This document shows positions 1 to 12,600 of a stretch of 23,484 nucleotides of DNA, piece by piece; the stretch's first letter is position 1, and each line of letters starts with the position of its first letter. Location of the stretch: the NCBI GenBank assembly GCA_002189035.1, contig NEEC01000479.1:1-23484 (forward strand). Reading direction: 5' to 3'. A model generated the notes under the pieces. That model had not been told where the DNA came from. It ran no database searches and saw only the letters and a program-made list of their open reading frames with translations. The translations under genes were made by a program, and so were the position numbers. This DNA is from Utricularia gibba (taxonomy: Eukaryota; Plantae; Magnoliophyta).

Positions 1-3000
1 CTTTGCCACATCGGGTCCTACTCGACGAAAATCGTGATGCACTTATTGAAGTTAGGATGTCATAAGCACCAAAATGGTTTTCTCAACCGCATGCTTTATA
101 TCTGAGGAGGCGCTCTCGTGGGGCAACGGTATCGAGAAGGAGGTCGAGTCGAGCTCGGCCATAGTCATTTGTAGCTCGGCAAAAAACTTGATGCATTTCT
201 TAACGTTGGGTTTTAATTGGCTGCCTACATGGTTTTTCAAGGAAAAGCTTGTCGTTTTTGGGCGGGTGATGTCGTTGTGAACTTCGTTCTGACCCAAGGT
301 TCGGTCTGACTCCTTTGCCACATCGGGTCCTACTCGACGAAAATCGTGCTGCACTTATTGAAGTTAGGATGTCATGAGCACCCAAAATGGTTTTCTCAAC
401 CGCATGCTTTATATTTGATAAGGCGCTCTCGTGGGGCAACGGTATCGAGAGGGTGGTCGAGTCGAGCTCGGCCCATAGTCATTTGTGGCTCGGCAAAAAA
501 CTTGATGCATTTCTTAACGTTGGGTTTTAATTGGCTGCCTACATGGTTTCTCAAGGAAAAGCTTGTCGTTTTTGGGCGGGTGATGTCGTTGTGAACTTGG
601 TTCTGACCCAAGGTTCGGTCTGACTCCTTTTCCACATCGGGTCCTACTCGACGAAAATCGTGATGCACTTATTGAAGTTAGGATGTCATGAGCACCCAAA
701 ATGGTTTTCTCAACCGCATGCTTTATATCTGAGGAGGCGCTCTCGTGGGGCAACGGTATCGAGAAGGAGGTCGAGTCGAGCTCGGGCCCATAGTCATTTG
801 TAGCTCGGCAAAAAACTTGATGCATTTCTTAACGTTGGGTTTTAATTGGCTGCCTACATGGTTTCTCAAGGAAAAGCTTGTCGTTTTTGGGCGGGTGATG
901 TCGTTGTGAACTTCGTTCTGACCCAAGGTTCGGTCTGACTCCTTTTTCCACATCGGGTCCTACTCGACGAAAATTCGTGATGCACTTATTGAAAGGATGT
1001 CATAAGCACCCAAAATGGTTTTCTCAACCGCATGCTTTATATCTGAGGAGGCGCTCTCGTGGGGCAACGGTATCGAGAAGGAGGTCGAGTCGAGCTCGGG
1101 CCCATAGTCATTTGTAGCTCGCAAAAAACATGCTTAACGTTGGGTTTTAATTGGCTGCCTACATGGTTTCTCAAGGAAAAGCTTGTCGTTTTTGGGCGGG
1201 TGATGTCGTTGTGAACTTCGTTCTGACCCAAGGTTCGGTCTGACTCCTTTGCCACATCGGGTCCTACTCGACGAAAATCGTGCTGCACTTATTGAAGTTA
1301 GGATGTCATGAGCACCCAAATGGTTTTCTCAACCGCATGCTTTATATTTGATAAGGCGCTCTCGTGGGGCAACGGTATCGAGCAGGTGGTCGAGTCGAGC
1401 TCGGGCCCATAGTCATTTGTGGCTCGGCAAAAAACTTGATGCATTTCTTAACGTTGGGTTTTAATTGGCTGCCTACATGGTTTCTCAAGGAAAAGCTTGT
1501 CGTTTTTGGGCGGGTGATGTCGTTGTGAACTTCGTTCTGACCCAAGGTTCGGTCTGACTCCTTTGCCACATCGGGTCCTACTCGACGAAAATCGTGATGC
1601 ACTTATTGAAGTTAGGATGTCATGAGCACCCAAAATGGTTTTCTCAACCGCATGCTTTATATTGATAAGGCGCTCTCGTGGGCAACGGTATCGAGCAGGA
1701 GGTCGAGTCGAGCTCGGCCCATAGTCATTTGTGGCTCGGCAAAAAACTTGATGCATTTTAACGTTGGGTTTTTAATTGGCTGCCTACATGGTTTCTCAAG
1801 GAAAAGCTTGTCGTTTTTGGGCGGGTGATGTCGTTGTGAACTTCGTTCTGACCCAAGGTTCGGTCTGACTCCTTTTTCCACATCGGGTCCTACTCGACGA
1901 AATCGTGATGCACTTATTGAAGTTAGGATGTCATAAGCACCCAAAATGGTTTTCTCAACCGCATGCTTTATATCTGAGGAGGCGCTCTCGTGGGGCAACG
2001 GTATCGAGCAGGTGGTCGAGTCGAGCTCGGGCCCATAGTCATTTGTGGCTCGGCAAAAAACTTGATGCATTTCTTAACGTTGGGTTTTAATTGGCTGCCT
2101 ACATGGTTTCTCAAGGAAAAGCTTGTCGTTTTGGGCGGGTGATGTCGTTGTGAACTTCGTTCTGACCCAAGGTTCGGTCTGACTCCTTTTTCCACATCGG
2201 GTCCTACTCGACGAAATCGTGATGCACTTATTGAAGTTAGGATGTCATAAGCACCCAAAATGGTTTTCTCAACCGCATGCTTTATATCTGAGGAGGCGCT
2301 CTCGTGGGGCAACGGTATCGAGAAGGAGGTCGAGTCGAGCTCGGCCCATAGTCATTTGTAGCTCGGCAAAAAACTTGATGCATTTCTTAACGTTGGTTTT
2401 AATTGGCTGCCTACATGGTTTCTCAAGGAAAAGCTTGTCGTTTTTGGGCGGGTGATGTCGTTGTGAACTTCGTTCTGACCCAAGGTTCGGTCTGACTCCT
2501 TTGCCACATCGGGTCCTACTCGACGAAAATCGTGATGCACTTATTGAAGTTAGGATGTCATGAGCACCCAAAATGGTTTTCTCAACCGCATGCTTTATAT
2601 CTGAGGAGGCGCTCTCGTGGGGCAACGGTATCGAGCAGGTGGTCGAGTCGAGCTCGGGCCCATAGTCATTTGTGGCTCGGCAAAAAACTTGATGCATTTC
2701 TTAACGTTGGGTTTTAATTGGCTGCCTACATGGTTTCTCAAGGAAAAGCTTGTCGTTTTTGGGCGGGTGATGTCGTTGTGAACTTCGTTCTGACCCAAGT
2801 TCGGTCTGACTCCACATCGGGTCCTACTCGACGAAAATCGTGATGCACTTATTGAAGTTAGGATGTCATGAGCACCCAAAATGGTTTTCTCAACCGCATG
2901 CTTTATATCTGAGGAGGCGCTCTCGTGGGGCAACGGTATCGAGAAGGAGGTCGAGTCGAGCTCGGGCCCATAGTCATTTGTAGCTCGGCAAAAAACTTGA

Positions 3001-6000
3001 TGCATTTCTTAACGTTGGGTTTTAATTGGCTGCCTACATGGTTTCTCAAGGAAAAGCTTGTCGTTTTTGGGCGGGTGATGTCGTTGTGAACTTCGTTCTG
3101 ACCCAAGGTTCGGTCTGACTCCTTTTCCACATCGGGTCCTACTCGACGAAAATCGTGATGCACTTATTGAAGTTAGGATGTCATAAGCACCCAAAATGGT
3201 TTTCTCAACCGCATGCTTTATATCTGAGGAGGCGCTCTCGTGGGGCAACGGTATCGAGAAGGAGGTCGAGTCGAGCGGGCCCATAGTCATTTGTAGCTCG
3301 GCAAAAAACTTGATGCATTTCTTAACGTTGGGTTTTAATTGGCTGCCTACATGGTTTCTCAAGGAAAGCTTGTCGTTTTTGGGCGGGTGATGTCGTTGTG
3401 AACTTCGTTCTGACCCAAGGTTCGGTCTGACTCCTTTGCCACATCGGGTCCTACTCGACGAAAATCGTGATGCACTTATTGAAGTTAGGATGTCATAAGC
3501 ACCCAAAATGGTTTTCTCAACCGCATGCTTTATATCTGAGGAGGCGCTCTCGTGGGGCAACGGTATCGAGAAGGAGGTCGAGTCGAGCTCGGGCCCATAG
3601 TCATTTGTAGCTCGGCAAAAAACTTGATGCATTTCTTAACGTTGGGTTTTAATTGGCTGCCTACATGGTTTTCAAGGAAAAGCTTGTCGTTTTTGGGCGG
3701 GTGATGTCGTTGTGAACTTCGTTCTGACCCAAGGTTCGGTCTGACTCCTTTGCCACATCGGGTCCTACTCGACGAAAATCGTGCTGCACTTATTGAAGTT
3801 AGGATGTCATGAGCACCCAAAATGGTTTTCTCAACCGCATGCTTTATATTTGATAAGGCGCTCTCGTGGGGCAACGGTATCGAGCAGGTGGTCGAGTCGA
3901 GCTCGGGCCCATAGTCATTTGTGGCTCGGCAAAAAACTTGATGCATTTCTTAACGTTGGGTTTTAATTGGCTGCCTACATGGTTTCTCAAGGAAAAGCTT
4001 GTCGTTTTTGGCGGGTGATGTCGTTGTGAACTTGTTCTGACCCAAGGTTCGGTCTGACTCCTTTTTCCACATCGGGTCCTACTCGACGAAAATCGTGATG
4101 CACTTATTGAAGTTAGGATGTCATGAGCACCCAAAATGGTTTTCTCAACCGCATGCTTTATATTTGATAAGGCGCTCTCGTGGGGCAACGGTATCGAGCA
4201 GAGGTCGAGTCGAGCTCGGGCCCATAGTCATTTGTGGCTCGGCAAAAAACTTGATGCATTTCTTAACGTTGGGTTTTAATTGGCTGCCTACATGGTTTCT
4301 CAAGGAAAAGCTTGTCGTTTTTGGCGGGTGATGTCGTTGTGAACTTCGTTCTGACCCAAGGTTCGGTCTGACTCCTTTGCCACATCGGGTCCTACTCGAC
4401 GAAAATCGTGATGCACTTATTGAAGTTAGGATGTCATAAGCACCCAAAATGGTTTTCTCAACCGCATTTATATCTGAGGAGGCGCTCTCGTGGGCAACGG
4501 TATCGAGAAGGAGGTCGAGTCGAGCTCGGGCCCATAGTCATTTGTAGCTCGGCAAAAAACTTGATGCATTTCTTAACGTTGGGTTTTAATTGGCTGCCTA
4601 CATGGTTTCTCAAGGAAAAGCTTGTCGTTTTTGGGCGGGTGATGTCGTTGTGAACTTCGTTCTGACCCAAGGTTCGGTCTGACTCCTTTGCCACATCGGG
4701 TCCTACTCGACGAAAATCGATGCACTTATTGAAGTTAGGATGTCATGAGCACCCAAAATGGTTTTCTCAACCGCATGCTTTATATTTGATAGGCGCTCTC
4801 GTGGGGCAACGGTATCGAGCAGGTGGTCGAGTCGAGCTCGGGCCCATAGTCATTTGTGGCTCGGCAAAAAACTTGATGCATTTCTTAACGTTGGTTTTAA
4901 TTGGCTGCCTACATGGTTTCTCAAGGAAAAGCTTGTCGTTTTTGGGCGGGTGATGTCGTTGTGAACTTCGTTCTGACCCAAGGTTCGGTCTGACTCCTTT
5001 GCCACATCGGGTCCTACTCGACGAAAATCGTGATGCACTTATTGAAGTTAGGATGTCATGAGCACCCAAAATGGTTTTCTCAACCGCATGCTTTATATTT
5101 GAGGAGGCGCTCTCGTGGGGCAACGGTATCGAGAAGGGTCGAGTCGAGCTCGGGCCCATAGTCATTTGTGGCTCGGCAAAAAACTTGATGCATTTCTTAA
5201 CGTTGGGTTTTAATTGGCTGCCTACATGGTTTCTCAAGGAAAAGCTTGTCGTTTTTGGGCGGGTGATGTCGTTGTGAACTTCGTTCTGACCCAAGTTCGG
5301 TCTGACTCCTTTGCCACATCGGGTCCTACTCGACGAAAATCGTGATGCACTTATTGAAGTTAGGATGTCATAAGCACCCAAAATGGTTTTCTCAACCGCA
5401 TGCTTTATATCTGAGGAGGCGCTCTCGTGGGCAACGGTATCGAGAAGGGTCGAGTCGAGCTCGGGCCCATAGTCTTTTAGCTCGCAAAAAACTTGATGCA
5501 TTTCTTAACGTTGGGTTTTAATTGGCTGCCTACATGGTTTTCTCAAGGAAAATCGTTTTTGGTGATGAACTTCGTTCTGACCCAAGGTTCGGTCTGACTC
5601 CTTTGCCACATCGGGTCCTACTCGACGAAATCGTGATGCACTTATTGAAGTTAGGATGTCATGAGCACCCAAAATGGTTTTCTCAACCGCATGCTTTATA
5701 TTGAGGAGGCGCTCTCGTGGGGCAACGGTATCGAGCAGGAGGTCGAGTCGAGCTCGGGCCCATAGTCATTTGTGGCTCGGCAAAAAACTTGATGCATTTC
5801 TTAACGTTGGGTTTTAATTGGCTGCCTACATGGTTTCTCAAGGAAAAGCTTGTCGTTTTTGGGCGGGTGATGTCGTTGTGAACTTCGTTCTGACCCAAGG
5901 TTCGGTCTGACTCCTTTTTCCACATCGGGTCCTACTCGACGAAAATCGTGATGCACTTATTGAAGTTAGGATGTCATAAGCACCCAAAATGGTTTTCTCA

Positions 6001-9000
6001 ACCGCATGCTTTATATTTGATAAGCGCTCTCGTGGGGCAACGGTATCGAGCAGGTGGTCGAGTCGAGCTCGGGCCCATAGTCATTTGTAGCTCGGCAAAA
6101 AACTTGATGCATTTCTTAACGTTGGTTTTAATTGGCTGCCTACATGGTTTCTCAAGGAAAAGCTTGTCGTTTTTGGGCGGGTGATGTCGTTGTGAACTTC
6201 GTTCTGACCCAAGTTCGGTCTGACTCCTTTTTCCACATCGGGTCCTACTCGACGAAATCGTGATGCACTTATTGAAGTTAGGATGTCATGAGCACCCAAA
6301 ATGGTTTTCTCAACCGCATGCTTTATATCTGAGGAGGCGCTCTCGTGGGCAACGGTATCGAGCAGGAGGTCGAGTCGAGCTCGGGCCCATAGTCATTTGT
6401 GGCTCGGCAAAAAACTTGATGCATTTCTTAACGTTGGGTTTTAATTGGCTGCCTACATGGTTTCTCAAGGAAAAGCTTGTCGTTTTTGGGGGGTGATGTC
6501 GTTGTGAACTTCGTTCTGACCCAAGGTTCGGTCTGACTCCTTTTTCCACATCGGGTCCTACTCGACGAAAATCGTGATGCACTTATTGAAGTTAGGATGT
6601 CATGAGCACCCAAAATGGTTTTCTCAACCGCATGCTTTATATCTGAGGAGGCGCTCTCGTGGGGCAACGGTATCGAGAAGGAGGTCGAGTCGAGCTCGGC
6701 CCATAGTCATTTGTAGCTCGGCAAAAAACTTGATGCATTTCTTAACGTTGGGTTTTAATTGGCTGCCTACATGGTTTCTCAAGGAAAAGCTTGTCGTTTT
6801 TGGGCGGGTGATGTCGTTGTGAACTTCGTTCTGACCCAAGTTCGGTCTGACTCCTTTGCCACATCGGTCCTACTCGACGAAAATCGTGCTGCACTTATTG
6901 AAGTTAGGATGTCATGAGCACCCAAAATGGTTTTCTCAACCGCATGCTTTATATCTGAGGAGGCGCTCTCGTGGGCAACGGTATCGAGAAGGTGGTCGAG
7001 TCGAGCTCGGGCCCATAGTCATTTGTGGCTCGGCAAAAAACTTGATGCATTTTTTTAACGTTGGGTTTTAATTGGCTGCCTACATGGTTTCTCAAGGAAA
7101 AGCTTGTCGTTTTTGGGCGGTGATGTCGTTGTGAACTTCGTTCTGACCCAAGGTTCGGTCTGACTCCTTTGCCATCGGGTCCTACTCGACGAAAATCGTG
7201 ATACTTATTGAAGTTAGGATGTCATGAGCACCCAAAATGGTTTTCTCAACCGCATGCTTTATATCTGAGGAGGCGCTCTCGTGGGGCAACGGTATCGAGA
7301 AGGAGGTCGAGTCGAGCTCGGGCCCATAGTCATTTGTGGCTCGGCAAAAAACTTGATGCATTTCTTAACGTTGGGTTTTAATTGGCTGCCTACATGGTTT
7401 CTCAAGGAAAAGCTTGTCGTTTTTGGCGGGTGATGTCGTTGTGAACTTCGTTCTGACCCAAGGTTCGGTGACTCCTTTTTCCACATCGGGTCCTACTCGA
7501 CGAAAATCGTGATGCACTTATTGAAGTTAGGATGTCATGAGCACCCAAAATGGTTTTCTCAACCGCATGCTTTATATCTGAGGAGGCGCTCTCGTGGGCA
7601 ACGGTATCGAGAAGGAGGTCGAGTCGAGCTCGGGCCCATAGTCATTTGTAGCTCGGCAAAAAACTTGATGCATTTCTTAACGTTGGGTTTTAATTGGCTG
7701 CCTACATGGTTTCTCAAGGAAAAGCTTGTCGTTTTTGGGCGGGTGATGTCGTTGTGAACTTCGTTCTGACCCAAGGTTCGGTCTGACTCCTTTGCCACAT
7801 CGGGTCCTACTCGACGAAAATCGTGATGCACTTATTGAAGTTAGGATGTCATAAGCACCCAAAATGGTTTTCTCAACCGCATGCTTTATATCTGAGGAGG
7901 CGCTCTCGTGGGGCAACGGTATCGAGAAGGAGGTCGAGTCGAGCTCGGGCCCATAGTCATTTGTAGCTCGGCAAAAAACTTGATGCATTTCTTAACGTTG
8001 GGTTTTTAATTGGCTGCCTACATGGTTTCTCAAGGAAAAGCTTGTCGTTTTTGGGCGGGTGATGTCGTTGTGAACTTCGTTCTGACCCAAGGTTCGGTCT
8101 GACTCCTTTGCCACATCGGGTCCTACTCGACGAAAATCGTGATGCACTTATTGAAGTTAGGATGTCATGAGCACCCAAAATGGTTTTCTCAACCGCATGC
8201 TTTATATTTGATAAGGCGCTCTCGTGGGGCAACGGTATCGAGCAGGTGGTCGAGTCGAGCTCGGGCCCATAGTCATTTGTGGCTCGGCAAAAAACTTGAT
8301 GCATTTCTTAACGTTGGGTTTTAATTGGCTGCCTACATGGTTTCTCAAGGAAAAGCTTGTCGTTTTTGGGCGGTGATGTCGTTGAACTTCGTTCTGACCC
8401 AAGGTTCGGTCTGACTCCTTTTTCCACATCGGGTCCTACTCGACGAAAATCGTGATGCACTTATTGAAGTTAGGATGTCATGAGCACCCAAAATGGTTTT
8501 CTCAACCGCATGCTTTATATTTGATAAGGCGCTCTCGTGGGGCAACGGTATCGAGCAGGTGGTCGAGTCGAGCTCGGGCCCATAGTCATTTGTGGCTCGG
8601 CAAAAAACTTGATGCATTTCTTAACGTTGGGTTTTAATTGGCTGCCTACATGGTTTCTCAAGGAAAAGCTTGTCGTTTTTGGGCGGGTGATGTCGTTGTG
8701 AACTTCGTTCTGACCCAAGGTTCGGTCTGACTCCTTTTTCCACATCGGGTCCTACTCGACGAAAATCGTGATGCACTTATTGAAGTTAGGATGTCATAAG
8801 CACCCAAAATGGTTTTCTCAACCGCATGCTTTATATCTGAGGAGGCGCTCTCGTGGGGCAACGGTATCGAGCAGGGGTCGAGTCGAGCTCGGGCCCATAG
8901 TCATTTGTGGCTCGGCAAAAAACTTGATGCATTTCTTAACGTTGGGTTTTAATTGGCTGCCTACATGGTTTCTCAAGGAAAAGCTTGTCGTTTTTGGGCG

Positions 9001-9362
9001 GGTGATGTCGTTGTGAACTTCGTTCTGACCCAAGGTTCGGTCTGACTCCTTTTTCCACATCGGGTCCTACTCGACGAAAATCGTGATGCACTTATTGAAG
9101 TTAGGATGTCATAAGCACCCAAAATGGTTTTCTCAACCGCATGCTTATATCTGAGGAGGCGCTCTCGTGGGGCAACGGTATCGAGAAGGAGGTCGAGTCG
9201 AGCTCGGCCCATAGTCATTTGTAGCTCGGCAAAAAACTTGATGCATTTCTTAACGTTGGGTTTTAATTGGCTGCCTACATGGTTTCTCAAGGAAAAGCTT
9301 GTCGTTTTTGGGCGGGTGATGTCGTTGTGAACTTCGTTCTGACCCAAGGTTCGGTCTGACTC

Positions 9363-9677
9363 CTTTGCCACATCGGGTCCTACTCGACGAAAATCGTGAT
9401 GCACTTATTGAAGTTAGGATGTCATGAGCACCCAAAATGGTTTTCTCAACCGCATGCTTTATATCTGAGGAGGCGCTCTCGTGGGGCAACGGTATCGAGC
9501 AGGAGGTCGAGTCGAGCTCGGGCCCATAGTCATTTGTGGCTCGGCAAAAAACTTGATGCATTTCTTAACGTTGGGTTTTAATTGGCTGCCTACATGGTTT
9601 CTCAAGGAAAAGCTTGTCGTTTTTGGGCGGGTGATGTCGTTGTGAACTTCGTTCTGACCCAAGGTTCGGTCTGACTC
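9363..9677 (+). repeat. Representative full-length 315-bp monomer (copy 31)
   Basis: Indel-free copy running from ctttgccacatcgg to ggttcggtctgactc. It carries one site each for SphI (gcatgc), SacI (gagctc), ApaI (gggccc), NsiI (atgcat), AclI (aacgtt) and HindIII (aagctt), so a restriction ladder of ~315 bp is predicted. Confidence 0.97.
9388..9615 (+). repeat. Internal diverged direct repeat at 157-bp offset within the monomer (subunit A 9388-9459 vs subunit B 9545-9615)
   Basis: Manual alignment of cgaaaatcgtgatgcacttattgaagttaggatgtcat(a/g)agcacccaaaatggttttctcaaccgcatgctt with caaaaaacttgatgcatttcttaacgttgggttttaattggctgcctacatggttt-ctcaaggaaaagctt gives 49/72 identical columns (~68%) with one gap. 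Confidence 0.88.
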
Positions 9678-12600
9678 CTTTTGCCACATCGGGTCCTACT
9701 CGACGAAAATCGTGATGCACTTATTGAAGTTAGGATGTCATGAGCACCCAAAATGGTTTTCTCAACCGCATGCTTTATATTGAGGAGGCGCTCTCGTGGG
9801 GCAACGGTATCGAGAAGGAGGTCGAGTCGAGCTCGGGCCCATAGTCATTTGTGGCTCGGCAAAAAACTTGATGCATTTCTTAACGTTGGGTTTTAATTGG
9901 CTGCCTACATGGTTTCTCAAGGAAAAGCTTGTTTTTTGGGCGGTGATGTCGTTGTGAACTTCGTTCTGACCCAAGGTTCGGTCTGACTCCTTTTTTCCAC
10001 ATCGGGTCCTACTCGACGAAAATCGTGATGCACTTATTGAAGTTAGGATGTCATGAGCACCCAAAATGGTTTTCTCAACGCATGCTTTATATCTGAGGAG
10101 GCGCTCTCGTGGGCAACGGTATCGAGAAGAGGTCGAGTCGAGCTCGGGCCCATAGTCATTTGTAGCTCGGCAAAAAACTTGATGCATTTCTTAACGTTGG
10201 GTTTTAATTGGCTGCCTACATGGTTTTCTCAAGGAAAAGCTTGTCGTTTTTGGGCGGGTGATGTCGTTGTGAACTTCGTTCTGACCCAAGGTTCGGTCTG
10301 ACTCCTTTGCCACATCGGGTCCTACTCGACGAAAATCGTGATGCACTTATTGAAGTTAGGATGTCATAAGCACCCAAAATGGTTTTCTCAACCGCATGCT
10401 TTATATCTGAGGAGGCGCTCTCGTGGGGCAACGGTATCGAGAAGGAGGTCGAGTCGAGCTCGGGCCCATAGTCATTTGTAGCTCGGCAAAAAACTTGATG
10501 CATTTTTAACGTTGGGTTTTAATTGGCTGCCTACATGGTTTCTCAAGGAAAAGCTTGTCGTTTTTGGGCGGGTGATGTCGTTGTGAACTTCGTTCTGACC
10601 CAAGGTTCGGTCTGACTCCTTTGCCACATCGGGTCCTACTCGACGAAAATCGTGATGCACTTATTGAAGTTAGGATGTCATGAGCACCCAAAATGGTTTT
10701 CTCAACCGCATGCTTTATATTTGAAGGCGCTCTCGTGGGGCAACGTATCGAGCAGGTGGTCGAGTCGAGCTCGGGCCCATAGTCATTTGTGGCTCGGCAA
10801 AAAACTTGATGCATTTCTTAACGTTGGGTTTTAATTGGCTGCCTACATGGTTTCTCAAGGAAAAGCTTGTCGTTTTTTGGGCGGGTGATGTCGTTGTGAA
10901 CTTCGTTCTGACCCAAGGTTCGGTCTGACTCCTTTTTCCACATCGGGTCCTACTCGACGAAAATCGTGATGCACTTATTGAAGTTAGGATGTCATGAGCA
11001 CCCAAAATGGTTTTCTCAACCGCATGCTTTATATCTGAGGAGGCGCTCTCGTGGGGCAACGGTATCGAGGAGGTCGAGTCGAGCTCGGGCCCATAGTCAT
11101 TTGTGGCTCGGCAAAAAACTTGATGCATTTCTTAACGTTGGGTTTTAATTGGCTGCCTACATGGTTTCTCAAGGAAAAGCTTGTCGTTTTTGGGCGGTGA
11201 TGTCGTGTGAACTTCGTTCTGACCCAAGGTTCGGTCTGACTCCTTTTTCCACATCGGGTCCTACTCGACGAAAATCGTGTGATGCACTTATTGAAGTTAG
11301 GATGTCATAAGCACCCAAAATGGTTTTCTCAACCGCATGCTTTATATCTGAGGAGGCGCTCTCGTGGGGCAACGGTATCGAGAAGGAGGTCGAGTCGAGC
11401 TCGGGCCCATAGTCATTTGTAGCTCGGCAAAAAACTTGATGCATTTCTTAACGTTGGGTTTTAATTGGCTGCCTACATGGTTTCTCAAGGAAAAAGCTTG
11501 TCGTTTTTGGGCGGTGATGTCGTTGTGAACTTCGTTCTGACCCAAGGTTCGGTCTGACTCCTTTGCCACATCGGGTCCTACTCGACGAAAATCGTGATGC
11601 ACTTATTGAAGTTAGGATGTCATGAGCACCCAAAATGGTTTTCTCAACCGCATGCTTTATATTTGATAAGGCGCTCTCGTGGGGCAACGGTATCGAGCAG
11701 GTGGTCGAGTCGAGCTCGGGCCCATAGTCATTTGTGGCTCGGCAAAAAACTTGATGCATTTCTTAACGTTGGGTTTTAATTGGCTGCCTACATGGTTTCT
11801 CAAGGAAAAGCTTGTCGTTTTTGGGCGGTGATGTCGTTGTGAACTTCGTTCTGACCCAAGGTTCGGTCTGACTCCTTTTTTCCACATCGGGTCCTACTCG
11901 ACGAAAATCGTGATGCACTTATTGAAGTTAGGATGTCATGAGCACCCAAAATGGTTTTCTCAACCGCATGCTTTATATTTGAGGAGGCGCTCTCGGGCAA
12001 CGGTATCGAGAAGGAGGTCGAGTCGAGCTCGGGCCCATAGTCATTTGTGGCTCGGCAAAAAACTTGATGCATTTCTTAACGTTGGGTTTTAATTGGCTGC
12101 CTACATGGTTTCTCAAGGAAAAGCTTGTCGTTTTTTGGGCGTGATGTCGTTGTGAACTTCGTTCTGACCCAAGGTTCGGTCTGACTCCTTTCCACATCGG
12201 GTCCTACTCGACGAAAATCGTGATGCACTTATTGAAGTTAGGATGTCATGAGCACCCAAAATGGTTTTCTCAACCGCATGCTTTATATTTGATAAGGCGC
12301 TCTCGTGGGGCAACGGTATCGAGCAGGTGGTCGAGTCGAGCTCGGGCCCATAGTCATTTGTGGCTCGGCAAAAAACTTGATGCATTTCTTAACGTTGGGT
12401 TTTAATTGGCTGCCTACATGGTTTCTCAAGGAAAAGCTTGTCGTTTTTGGGCGGGTGATGTCGTTGTGAACTTCGTTCTGACCCAAGGTTCGGTCTGACT
12501 CCTTTTCCACATCGGGTCCTACTCGACGAAAATCGTGATGCACTTATTGAAGTTAGGATGTCATGAGCACCCAAAATGGTTTTCTCAACCGCATGCTTTA

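Noticed and set aside
728-760. Hammerhead-ribozyme-like core ctgagga followed by a weak hairpin (viroid- or retrozyme-like multimer idea)
   Set aside because: The required GAAA after stem II is absent (ggggcaac), the beta haplotype destroys the core (ttgataa), and there is no CUGANGA equivalent on the minus strand.
9413-9419. Telomere-like ttagg / ttggg words as interstitial telomeric repeats
   Set aside because: They are single degenerate words, never in tandem, and expected by chance at this length.
9546-9624. Phased A/T tracts suggesting intrinsic DNA curvature
   Set aside because: Tracts exist (aaaaaa, tttt, aaaa, ttttt), but only the last few are ~11 bp apart, so there is no consistent helical phasing by eye. 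A curvature calculation would be needed.
9363-9677. Homology to grass centromeric CentO/CentC (157-bp subunit, gcacccaaa and gaactt words)
   Set aside because: Only the unit size and a few short words are shared. I cannot build a convincing alignment from memory, and centromeric function cannot be inferred from sequence alone.
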